Positions 55,923 through 64,000 of a stretch of DNA of 64,000 nt are shown here, piece after piece. The DNA comes from an uncultured Gammaproteobacteria bacterium (GTDB taxonomy: Bacteria; Patescibacteriota; Patescibacteriia; Veblenbacterales; UBA10138), in the NCBI GenBank assembly GCA_964453605.1, contig CAYVOI010000001.1, positions 612,095-676,094 of the forward strand, read 5' to 3'. Every line of letters begins with the position of its first letter. The stretch's first letter is position 1. The notes beneath the pieces were generated by a model. It was not told the origin of the DNA. It did not search any database and was given only the letters and a program-made list of their open reading frames with translations. The translations under genes were made by a program, and so were the position numbers.

Positions 55923-56216
55923 CTAGTCTGCGTTAGCCTGTGATCGGGGGTGCGCGGCCCAGTAGGCTTTGGCCTCCTGCTCCATTTTTTCGTGGCGGGT
56001 GTAGAAGTCAGGAAATTCATTAAGATGCGCCCAAGCAATTTTACCCATGACAAGTTCATCGTCGTTCGTCACATTGGTCCGTGGGTCGTTACTCCCGTGG
56101 TCAGACTCAGCTTCCAGGCCCATACGGAACTCTTCTACGTTCACCTCATCCCAGGGTATGTTTAAGACATTTCCAATGCGTTTAGCATCGGCAGTGGTAA
56201 ACGTTCGGTATGGCAT
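55923..56216 (-). CDS. Hypothetical small acidic protein
   Basis: 97 aa, 3-nt gap to rfbB. No motif recognised. Confidence 0.4.
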   Translation of the reverse strand: MPYRTFTTADAKRIGNVLNIPWDEVNVEEFRMGLEAESDHGSNDPRTNVTNDDELVMGKIAWAHLNEFPDFYTRHEKMEQEAKAYWAAHPRSQANAD

Positions 56217-56221
56217 AGTGG

Positions 56222-56809
56222 TTAGTACCCTACCCCACCCTGTATGCCACCAGTGGAGCCAGGGTTTCGGGTTGGCATGGTCCCTTGGGGCGCGGCAGCA
56301 CCAGCGCTCATGAACTCAACGCTACTGGGCAGGTTAAACTTCGACTGATCCACCAGCCAGCCGCTGCACTGGTAGTTAATTTTCTTGTCCGCACTTACCC
56401 CGGGCTGGCTGGGCGGCGCCTGGGTAGTGCCCGTGAGCGACATCATAAACCCAGTTGGCATGCCATCCACCCAAACGTAAGCCCGGTTGTCGAGCACAAT
56501 GGTGTGGCTCACCGTGGTGTGCAGCGTATCAGTAGTGGTGGAGTCAGCGCGCAACCTGCCCGTTCCAACGTACACCGTTCCTTGGGTGGTGACGTTGTTG
56601 GTGGTGTCAGAGAAGGTGCACTGCTGTGCCACACCCGCGGCGAGCAACTCTTTCATGGAGTGGCCGGTCTCTCCTGAGGTTTGACCAGTAGTTGTTGGTT
56701 GGTTGGCAGCTGGACTGGGCTGGCTCGGGGCCTTGCCCATGGTGAAGTACAGTACTAAGGCGCCAAGCACAGCTACGCCCGCTATAACCCACGGTAGTGT
56801 TTTGTTCAT
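56222..56809 (-). CDS. Membrane-anchored/secreted protein with N-terminal MNKTLPW signal-anchor (paralog of 12954..13586)
   Basis: MNKTLPWVIAGVAVLGALVLYFTM, then a Pro/Thr-rich linker and a T/G-rich domain. Confidence 0.5.
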   Translation of the reverse strand: MNKTLPWVIAGVAVLGALVLYFTMGKAPSQPSPAANQPTTTGQTSGETGHSMKELLAAGVAQQCTFSDTTNNVTTQGTVYVGTGRLRADSTTTDTLHTTVSHTIVLDNRAYVWVDGMPTGFMMSLTGTTQAPPSQPGVSADKKINYQCSGWLVDQSKFNLPSSVEFMSAGAAAPQGTMPTRNPGSTGGIQGGVGY

Positions 56810-56866
56810 AGGAGTTACATTAAGGATACTTTGTTAAGTATAGAAGATCCTCGGGCCCAAGGCGAA

Positions 56867-57664
56867 CTAGAGCGCCAGCCAGAGTAGAACGAGGAGGCCT
56901 AAGGCTATGCGATAGTACCCAAACGGTGTGAAGCTACGGTGTTGAATGTAGCCCATAAACTTTCGCACCACGGCAAGCGCGGTAAAGAACGTCACCGCAA
57001 ACCCCAGCACCAGGAACGCTGCCTCACTACCAGTCATAGTTAACCCGTGCTTGAGGATGCTGTAAGCCGAGGCAGCGGCTATAGTCGGGACTGCCAGGTA
57101 GAACGAAAACTCAACCGCCACAGGCCGCGAGGCACCTAAGAGCATAGCTCCAACTATAGTTGCTGCCGAGCGAGATGTGCCGGGAATAAGTGCCAAGCAC
57201 TGCACCAAACCAATACAGAACGCCGTACCCAGGCTAACGTCAGCTACCGTACCAACCGTAGCTCGTGGCCGCCTGCGCTCTACCAGCACCAGCACCACAC
57301 CGCCGAGGAAGAGCGCTGCGCCCACCACCAGCGGGTTGAACAGCTTGGCCTCAACCTTAGTGCCAAACAGTGCACCGAACACAATAGCAGGCAGCACCCC
57401 GACCAACGTTTTCCCCCACAGGCTAAAGGTAGATCGCCGGTGCGCCTCCCCCTGGCCAAACGGCCACAACTTACCCCAGAAGTACACAACCACAGCCAGC
57501 ACCGCCCCGAGCTGTATCACCACGTCAAAGAGCTTGGTGAACTGGGGCGAAAATGAGAACCACTGGTTTACGAGTATGAGGTGTCCGGTCGAGGAAATGG
57601 GCAAGAACTCGGTCACCCCCTCCGCCAGACCTAAGATGACTGAGGTAACAAGCTGGTGGAGCAT
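56867..57664 (-). CDS. uppP: Undecaprenyl-diphosphate phosphatase UppP/BacA
   Basis: 265 aa with 8 TM helices and conserved GLAEGVTEFLPISSTGH and PGTSRSAATI motifs. Confidence 0.85.
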   Translation of the reverse strand: MLHQLVTSVILGLAEGVTEFLPISSTGHLILVNQWFSFSPQFTKLFDVVIQLGAVLAVVVYFWGKLWPFGQGEAHRRSTFSLWGKTLVGVLPAIVFGALFGTKVEAKLFNPLVVGAALFLGGVVLVLVERRRPRATVGTVADVSLGTAFCIGLVQCLALIPGTSRSAATIVGAMLLGASRPVAVEFSFYLAVPTIAAASAYSILKHGLTMTGSEAAFLVLGFAVTFFTALAVVRKFMGYIQHRSFTPFGYYRIALGLLVLLWLAL

Positions 57665-57723
57665 ACGCTACGTTGACAGGAGTAGGTTTACAAATCTACC
57701 ACGCCTTACCTAAGACCGTACAG

Positions 57724-58173
57724 CTAATTGGGCGGCAGCTGGGTAAGCTTGCCACCCGTCACCACGAAGTGCGAGCTCACCCCCACACTTGGGCTTGTGG
57801 TCATAGGCTCGGCTGCCCTACGGTCGGCGTAGTTCACGGTGATAACACCTCCGGAAATTGCCGTGGTCTGTGGGGCTATGCGGTCCCCTAAGAAAACGCT
57901 GTTAGTAACTTGGTACCCTCCGGATGTTTTGAGGGCGGCGGCCACGTAGAAAAAGGTGCCACTACCGCCGCCATCTTCAGTCACCAAAAACGCGGCATCG
58001 GGCACGCCATCACCATTCAAATCCCCTTCGGCCTCGTTTCCAAAGTAATGTAGGACAGTTTTATCTACCACCTGCGGCGGCTTTACTACCAAAGTACCCT
58101 GCAGACCCATGAGCAGGGCGGCTATGACTATGCCCCAAAATGCCATGGTGACGGCAAAAATGAAGAGCTTCAT
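57724..58173 (-). CDS. Secreted hypothetical protein (Gly/Asp-rich, calcium-binding-like loop DLNGDGVPD)
   Basis: Signal peptide MKLFIFAVTMAFWGIVIAALLMG. 149 aa. Confidence 0.45.
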   Translation of the reverse strand: MKLFIFAVTMAFWGIVIAALLMGLQGTLVVKPPQVVDKTVLHYFGNEAEGDLNGDGVPDAAFLVTEDGGGSGTFFYVAAALKTSGGYQVTNSVFLGDRIAPQTTAISGGVITVNYADRRAAEPMTTSPSVGVSSHFVVTGGKLTQLPPN

Positions 58174-58194
58174 GGCTAAGAACAGTTAGGAGAA

Positions 58195-58506
58195 CTAGAC
58201 CCGAATGTCTATAGAACAGTCTACCATATCCCCCGCCGCTATACCCTCCACTTTCCGCACCTTAGCTTTAAGCGGCAAGAGGTAAGCTTTAGTTTTGTTG
58301 TCAGGGAAAATGGAGGTGTCCCAGGTCGTTTTACCAATCTGCACCCTGACCGGCAGCGACCCCCAGCCGTGGGCTACGCCACCAAACAACGTTTTGATTT
58401 GCCGCGACTGTTTAAGCGGTACGGAAATAAAATGCCACCCCGCCATACCTGGGTACAGCCACACCTTGGCGCGAAACTTGTACGTGGTAGCGCTGGTTGG
58501 TGACAT
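58195..58506 (-). CDS. DUF1905 domain protein
   Basis: YKFRAKVWLYPGMAGWHFISVP pattern typical of DUF1905. Confidence 0.5.
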   Translation of the reverse strand: MSPTSATTYKFRAKVWLYPGMAGWHFISVPLKQSRQIKTLFGGVAHGWGSLPVRVQIGKTTWDTSIFPDNKTKAYLLPLKAKVRKVEGIAAGDMVDCSIDIRV

Positions 58507-58530
58507 AGCGTTATGGTGGTTATTCTACCA

Positions 58531-58695
58531 TTCGCGCGAATAAGGGATAGGCTAAGGGGACCAACGATCGCGGCAAACCGGGCCTTGCCTTTATTCCAAT
58601 GTTCTTAGGAACATTGGAATTGTTAACTGGGGCTGGTGCATACCCTATATATTAACAATTGATAACCATACTGTCACTAGTTAACAATTGTTAAC
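58531..58695. promoter_or_regulatory. Cluster of palindromes in AT-rich intergenic region: TTCGCGCGAA (58531-40), 11-4-11 hairpin TTCCAATGTTC-TTAG-GAACATTGGAA (58594-58619), and three GTTAACAATTG-type sites including the 16-bp perfect palindrome GTTAACAATTGTTAAC (58680-95)
   Basis: Seen directly. Located upstream of the DUF1905 gene start and downstream of the HIT gene. Confidence 0.5.
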
Positions 58696-58793
58696 TATCA
58701 TAGTGAAGCTGTTGATACTCACTCTGCCGTCGCTAGGCTTACGTCCCTACCTGCCAGCCGCTTAAGTACTTCAGTCGCGTGAGCTGGAAATAC

Positions 58794-59207
58794 CTAGCCC
58801 TTCACCGCGGCGCGGATGCGCTTCGCTGTCTCATCCATCTCGTTACCTTGGTAATCCTTAGCAGCCCAGAGCTGTAAACCGTCCTTAGGTTTCCGGGGGA
58901 TGAGGTGAACGTGCGTGTGGAAGATAACCTGGCCAGCGGCTGGGCCGCTGTTGAGCCCCAGGTTAAAGCCGGCTGCTCCGGTGGCCTGCATAACTGCCGG
59001 GGCGAGCTTTTGCACCAGCTGGTAAAGCTTACCTACCACCTCGGGCGGGGTCAGCTCAAACCGATCGTAGTGAGCTTTAGGAATGACGAGCGTGTGGCCC
59101 GGGTTTACCGGCTGGATGTCGAGGAACGCTACAAAGTCCTGGTCCTCGTAGACCTTGACAGCTGGAATGTGGTTCTCAACTATCTTACAGAAAATGCAGT
59201 CGGGCAT
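58794..59207 (-). CDS. HIT family hydrolase
   Basis: Histidine triad HTHVHLIPR. 137 aa. Confidence 0.8.
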   Translation of the reverse strand: MPDCIFCKIVENHIPAVKVYEDQDFVAFLDIQPVNPGHTLVIPKAHYDRFELTPPEVVGKLYQLVQKLAPAVMQATGAAGFNLGLNSGPAAGQVIFHTHVHLIPRKPKDGLQLWAAKDYQGNEMDETAKRIRAAVKG

Positions 59208-59211
59208 AGTG

Positions 59212-59577
59212 CTAGGTTATGGCGCTGGTGCTGCGGGCTACCGCCAGCACACCAACAAGCACGACGAACGGCGCCCACCAGCGCCAGGGGGTAAAGACTG
59301 AAAGCGCCACGGCAGTTGCTACCACTAGTATAGCAAAGGTGAGGCCAGGGGCATACGGCGGCTTACCGGGCTGCGCTGGCCGCTCGGCTACCGTCCAGGC
59401 GGCCAGGAACGATGCCAAGAGGAAGTTGAGGTTTAGGTACCAGACAGCGGCTCCTGGCCGCCAGAGCTCAAGTGTCATGAGGCAGAGCCAACTGAAGCCT
59501 AAGCCCACTGCCAGGTGAGCTAGCAGTTGGCGAACGTTTTTGACGTAGTGGTGCTCGAGCAATGTAATGAGCTTCAT
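59212..59577 (-). CDS. Small membrane protein (4 TM)
   Basis: 121 aa hydrophobic. Overlaps the upstream gene by 4 nt. Confidence 0.4.
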   Translation of the reverse strand: MKLITLLEHHYVKNVRQLLAHLAVGLGFSWLCLMTLELWRPGAAVWYLNLNFLLASFLAAWTVAERPAQPGKPPYAPGLTFAILVVATAVALSVFTPWRWWAPFVVLVGVLAVARSTSAIT

Positions 59578-60083
59578 AGACCGCCAAAGCTAAATGGTGC
59601 TCGCTGCACTTTAACACTAGCCCCGGTTACCACCACACTACCCGGCTCCCACGGCGAGGCTGACAGCACCAGACGCACCGTGTGCCGCGGCAGGAGGTAC
59701 GGGAAGTCGGTCATCGTGAGGTGGTAGGTGTGTGTATCGGCGGTGCTGGATTCCTGGAGTGGCGGGAAAACGAGCTTAAAGTCCTGGCTCTGCTGCACTG
59801 CCAGCCTGAGCGGGTTTGACCTCGACGTTGTCTGCAGGTCGAGCGTGAGCGCAACCGCACGCGGCGGCAGGTGGATATCCACGTAAACCGGCTGCTCAAG
59901 AAGGGCTATGCCCTGCGGCTGCCGCGCTACCCGCGAAGCTGGCTGAAGCACGTTAAAGTAGGGCGTCTCTCGGGTAAAGTCCGTGCTGCTAACCAGCTCA
60001 GCCGTACTAAAGAACACCTGCCATAGGGCAAGGCCTACCACACACAGGGGAATAAACCAGCGCAGGTGCCAGAAGTACTTCAT
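59574..60083 (-). CDS. Bitopic membrane protein, extracytoplasmic domain; likely accessory to the upstream glycosyltransferase
   Basis: N-terminal TM (WFIPLCVVGLALWQVFF). 4-nt ATGA overlaps on both sides indicate translational coupling. Confidence 0.4.
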   Translation of the reverse strand: MKYFWHLRWFIPLCVVGLALWQVFFSTAELVSSTDFTRETPYFNVLQPASRVARQPQGIALLEQPVYVDIHLPPRAVALTLDLQTTSRSNPLRLAVQQSQDFKLVFPPLQESSTADTHTYHLTMTDFPYLLPRHTVRLVLSASPWEPGSVVVTGASVKVQRAPFSFGGL

Positions 60084-61681
60084 GGGGAGCTTAAGCTAAA
60101 GCGGTACAGGCTGTGGTCAGCAAAACCGTAGGCGACCGGCGTAAGGCGCACGTGGTAGGGCGCGAGCTGTGTCTGGTTCACAGTGGCAAGATCCTGGGGG
60201 CGCCAGGTAGGGTGAAAACTGTAGACCGGCATACTGCGGTGGAGAAGTTCGGCCACGGTAGGGAGTGCCACCTCGCGCGGGGTAGCTTGCATAACACTGC
60301 GCTCTGGCCAGAAAAACTTATCGGTGAGCTCAGTCACAATAACACTGGAGGGTTCAGTAAGCTGCTGCACCGCTTGGCTCGTGGCCTCAAAGCGAATAAT
60401 GTTGCGGCGCACTTGGAGCAACCCTTCCGTGCTGTTCCCTAAAACAAGCTGGGCAGATACCAGAGCGTAAGCCAGAACTACCACCGGCACCAGCGTTCGC
60501 CACCAGTGCTGCCGAAGCAGGCGCTCGAGCCAAAGCGCTCCCGGCACCAAGAGGAGCGCCGCTACAGGGAGCCAGTAGCGCATGTACGAGGTACCGAGCG
60601 TAACAGCCGCGGGGTCAGGGTTATCGTGAAACCGCCAACTACCATAGAGTACTAAGAGCCAGCCCACGCTGACAGCAGAACCAAGGAGCCAGCCGCGCTG
60701 CTCACGGGTGAACTTTGGCCACCACCTGACCGCCGAGACCACACCGAGTGTGGCGAGCACTGCCCACCACCAGGTGAGTCCACCTAGGTAACGGCTGACT
60801 GTGGACCATATAGCTCTAGGGTGAAAACCGAACGGCAGCACCAGCTGTGCCCAGAGTGACCCCGAGGGCCCCACTTGCCCCAAGGGTAGCGCGAGGTCAG
60901 CTTGGTAGCCAACTGAAAACGGCTGACCGTAGATGTAGTAGTTAGTTATGAACACCGGAGTAAACGCTAAGAACGCCCCAAGCACAAACGTGGCGAGCTT
61001 TCGCCAGGAAACTTTGTAACCAGCGCTCGCCACCCACACCACCATAGCGGCGCTCATCCAAAATGCTTCCGAGCTCCTGAACGCTACCGCCAAGCCCCAG
61101 GCCAGACCGCCGAGGAGGTAGTACGGCGTGCGGCCAGATTTTAGAGCTCTAAGCACCAGCCACCATGAGGCCAGGAGCATGTCAAAAAACAATGCGTTGT
61201 GGTAAAAACTTCGTGCGTGGTAGTACCAGTACGACGGCGTGAACGCCAAAAGCAGCAGCGCTAGGGCTGCCGCCCGCCGGCCAAAGAGCTCCCTGAGCAC
61301 TAGGTAGAAACAGGTGAGGCCCAAAGCTGCCCCGAGCGGGGTAACATAGGGCAGCGTGCTGGCGCCAAACACTCTACCGACCAAACCCGCTATGAGCGGC
61401 AGACCTAAAAAGCTCGAGGGTATCAACGCGTTACCTACCACTGTGGTGCTCCTCGGGTGTACCAGGTTTTGTATTCCTGAAAAGGCAACTGGTTGCGGTG
61501 CAGCAAGTGGCACGCCTTGGGTAACCCGAGATGCAAAGTAAGCGTTGGCAGCCTCGTCGGGCGAGTTAAAGCGGGCTGGCAAACCCCACGTAAAACTACT
61601 GTAGAGCAGGGCGGCCGCCAACGACACCCCCATGACGCTCATGAACTCCAGCTGCTTTCCGCCCCAGGCGTGAACACGCAT
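60080..61681 (-). CDS. GT-C / glycosyltransferase family 39-like (ArnT/PMT-like) polytopic membrane glycosyltransferase
   Basis: 533 aa with about 11 TM helices and periplasmic loops with Asp/Glu near the N-terminus (NSPDEAANAY). Architecture is typical of undecaprenyl-phosphate-sugar dependent GT-C enzymes. Confidence 0.6.
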   Translation of the reverse strand: MRVHAWGGKQLEFMSVMGVSLAAALLYSSFTWGLPARFNSPDEAANAYFASRVTQGVPLAAPQPVAFSGIQNLVHPRSTTVVGNALIPSSFLGLPLIAGLVGRVFGASTLPYVTPLGAALGLTCFYLVLRELFGRRAAALALLLLAFTPSYWYYHARSFYHNALFFDMLLASWWLVLRALKSGRTPYYLLGGLAWGLAVAFRSSEAFWMSAAMVVWVASAGYKVSWRKLATFVLGAFLAFTPVFITNYYIYGQPFSVGYQADLALPLGQVGPSGSLWAQLVLPFGFHPRAIWSTVSRYLGGLTWWWAVLATLGVVSAVRWWPKFTREQRGWLLGSAVSVGWLLVLYGSWRFHDNPDPAAVTLGTSYMRYWLPVAALLLVPGALWLERLLRQHWWRTLVPVVVLAYALVSAQLVLGNSTEGLLQVRRNIIRFEATSQAVQQLTEPSSVIVTELTDKFFWPERSVMQATPREVALPTVAELLHRSMPVYSFHPTWRPQDLATVNQTQLAPYHVRLTPVAYGFADHSLYRFSLSSP

Positions 61682-61743
61682 ATGCTATAGTATAGCAAGG
61701 ATTGCTGAAGTGGGCTGCACAAAAACAAACCCGCCGGACATAC

Positions 61744-62310
61744 TCACGGCGGGCCGTAGGTGAACCCTGGTACCGGGGCAAAAATGTAGCCCTGGATTTG
61801 TTTGGTTTTGACATCGGCAAACTGGCACTGGCCACGAATTTTTTTACCCCCTAGTACAGGGGGTAACCAGTAGCGATCAGCCGGCCACATGCTGTTATAC
61901 GGTACCTCAGTAAAGCCAAACCAATGAGCCTGCACTATGTCTGAGCTATCAGCCGGAGTGCCCTGCCAGTGCCGGAGGATGAACGTATGCACCTGCTGAC
62001 TCCACCTGGGGTTACCGGTAAAAGCATAATCAATGACTGCGACACGTTCCAGGTCCCCGAGCTGGGCCACTACACCACTCTCTTGGGTGAGCACGCGGAG
62101 CGCCGACGCTTCGATGGTTACGCCAAGTTCGGCTTTACCGCCGTAACCGTTCCAGATGCCACAGCCAAAGGTTGATTTCATGTGCCGTACTAGGAGCACG
62201 TTGGTTCCTCGGACCAAAAAACATAAGGTCGTGGCGTACACCGTACCTCCTTGTGTTGTTGTACATGTACAATGTGCCCACAGCTTACCGCCACAGCGTG
62301 TAGCTGTCAA
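61744..62310 (-). CDS. NUDIX hydrolase (degenerate Nudix box)
   Basis: VLLVRHMKSTFGCGIWNGYGGKAELGVTIEASALRVLTQESGV approximates Gx5Ex7REUxEExGU. Confidence 0.5.
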   Translation of the reverse strand: MTATRCGGKLWAHCTCTTTQGGTVYATTLCFLVRGTNVLLVRHMKSTFGCGIWNGYGGKAELGVTIEASALRVLTQESGVVAQLGDLERVAVIDYAFTGNPRWSQQVHTFILRHWQGTPADSSDIVQAHWFGFTEVPYNSMWPADRYWLPPVLGGKKIRGQCQFADVKTKQIQGYIFAPVPGFTYGPP

Positions 62311-62347
62311 CAGTGCTCGTGGTCACGAGGTGCTACAATAGTGGTAT

Positions 62348-64000
62348 ATGCCCCTCCCAGCTCTGGCTACCCTCGCCGTACTGCTCATTGGCCTAAACCA
62401 AAGCGGCTGGCAATCTGACGTTTTAGGCACAGCGCTTGGGATTTTTTATCTTGCAGTCACAGGATACCTGGTGGGTGGGCGCCTGGCGCCCAAAGCAGGC
62501 AACGTCGCACAGCGCATAGCTTGGGGCGTGATAGCAACACTTGCCACCATTGGTGTGCTTGGTACAGCCATGTTCTACCTGCACAGCTTTACGGGGCTCG
62601 CTGGCCTGGTGCTGCTCGCCGTACTGCCGTGGTTTGGCCGGACCGCACCCGACCAGCCTGAACACAAAACACTAACGGCCACCAGAGCACATAAACGGCG
62701 ACAGGGTGTAGTGGTTGCTACGTACCTGGCGCTCGTAGCCTCGACCTGGTACCTAGTTTCAACTGGCGCCACCGTGGAGGCTATCCGCACACCCTGGGAA
62801 TCGGTGCCCCCGCTGGCCGTACTCTGCTATGGCCTAACTGCAGCGAGCGCCCTGGCGGTGAGCTTCTACCTCCGTAACCCACTGTGGCTTGCTCCCTTCT
62901 ATCTCCTCTCTTTGGGGCTGCTGCCGCTCGTGTACCCTTTAGGCTTTGGCTTTGACCCCTTCATCCATCAAGCCTCAGAAAAACTTTTGACCCTGAGCGG
63001 CACTATTACCCCCAAGCCGCTGTACTACCTCGGGCAGTACACTATCGTCACCACGCTGTCGCAAGTTTTACACCTGCCTATAGCAGTCGTTGATACCTGG
63101 GTTTTGCCACTACTCGCTAGCCTGAGCCTGCCCTTGGGGCTTGAGCTGTTGACTTCTGCTTGGCGGTTAGAGAAACCTTGGCGTAACTGGTTGTTACTGC
63201 TGCCACTCGCCTTTGCCTTGAGCAGCTTTACCTACACCACGCCACAAGGCCTCAGCAACCTGTGGGCGCTACTAACGCTGATACTCTTAGCCGCACGTCT
63301 CTCAGGCGCAAACGTGCCACGGCTCCTGCTCTGGCTGCTGGCTGGTGCCACTGCAGCTACCCACCCGCTCACTGGGCTCCCCACCTTAGGCGTGCTAGCG
63401 TTGGCCTGGGCTGTGTTCGAAATACCAGCTGGAACTCCATGGCGCACCAAAGCCATACTGGGCGCGGCGGCAACCACGGCGCTCATAGTACCAGCTTCGT
63501 TTTTAATTTTTGGCTGGCTGAAGCCCGGACCCGCCAGCCTGAAATTAAACTATGACATGCTTGGAAGCTTGAGAGGTTTAGGCGAGGCTATTGCCTCCCA
63601 CCTGCCGTTCCTACCTCAGTTCGTAAACCTGCCAGACGTAGTCTACCTATGGGGCAGGCCACTGACGCTGACCTTTCTGCTCTTGGCGGCCTCAGGGTAC
63701 TACTCAGCGCGGCGGGACGTGCCTAAGCTACAGCTGTTTGGTTACGCTGGGGCGCTGCTGGCGGCCGGGTACCTGGTTTTAAAACTTGCGGCGCAGTTCC
63801 CAGGGCTGCCGGCCTATGAACAAGATTTCTACACCGTGAGGCTGTGGGATCTAGCCCTTATGAGCCTGTGGCCGCTCGCCTTGATCGGCGGCTACCAAGT
63901 TATGCGCTGGCTGTGGCAAAAACTCAGCATTCCATTGTCGTTCGTGGTGGCAGGCGCGCTCGTGCTCACCGCCAGCTTCTACCTCACCTACCCGCGGGTA
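62348..64000 (+). CDS. Large polytopic integral membrane protein (partial; continues past right edge), possibly GT-C-like
   Basis: ATG at 62348, open frame of 551 codons to the window end with no stop (not in the supplied track, presumably because it is unterminated). At least 12 hydrophobic helices (MPLPALATLAVLLIGL...). Confidence 0.5.
   Translation, partial: MPLPALATLAVLLIGLNQSGWQSDVLGTALGIFYLAVTGYLVGGRLAPKAGNVAQRIAWGVIATLATIGVLGTAMFYLHSFTGLAGLVLLAVLPWFGRTAPDQPEHKTLTATRAHKRRQGVVVATYLALVASTWYLVSTGATVEAIRTPWESVPPLAVLCYGLTAASALAVSFYLRNPLWLAPFYLLSLGLLPLVYPLGFGFDPFIHQASEKLLTLSGTITPKPLYYLGQYTIVTTLSQVLHLPIAVVDTWVLPLLASLSLPLGLELLTSAWRLEKPWRNWLLLLPLAFALSSFTYTTPQGLSNLWALLTLILLAARLSGANVPRLLLWLLAGATAATHPLTGLPTLGVLALAWAVFEIPAGTPWRTKAILGAAATTALIVPASFLIFGWLKPGPASLKLNYDMLGSLRGLGEAIASHLPFLPQFVNLPDVVYLWGRPLTLTFLLLAASGYYSARRDVPKLQLFGYAGALLAAGYLVLKLAAQFPGLPAYEQDFYTVRLWDLALMSLWPLALIGGYQVMRWLWQKLSIPLSFVVAGALVLTASFYLTYPRV

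Overview
This 64 kb window is a high-GC (about 60%) bacterial chromosomal segment with housekeeping genes on both strands. Core genes are secD/secF, an MsbA-like ABC exporter, secA, hpf, a dcw-type cell-wall cluster (mraY-murD-ftsW-murG-murC-murB, minus strand), pyrG, rplI, a CtpA-like S41 protease, murA, rpmA, msrA and uppP. A complete type IV pilus / competence-like locus lies on the plus strand (pilB-pilC-four prepilin-like genes-pilM-pilN-pilO-pilP-like), with no secretin or retraction ATPase in the window. A dTDP-sugar (rhamnose-type) locus (rfbA, rfbD, FdtA-like cupin, rfbB) is interrupted by a 1355-aa protein built from about twelve tandem 36-aa repeats (108-bp DNA tandem repeats) and by an AT-rich gene with an HExxH motif. 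Other features are a 981-aa secreted protein (MA-type zinc peptidase, beta-propeller-like region, Omp85-like C-terminus), several AT-rich accessory islets, and a roughly 700-nt region without convincing coding sequence that has its own promoter and intrinsic terminator (candidate large ncRNA). Small intergenic palindromes and repeats are also present. No rRNA, tRNA or CRISPR array was recognised. Protein family calls rest on motifs read from the translations; no database search was possible.
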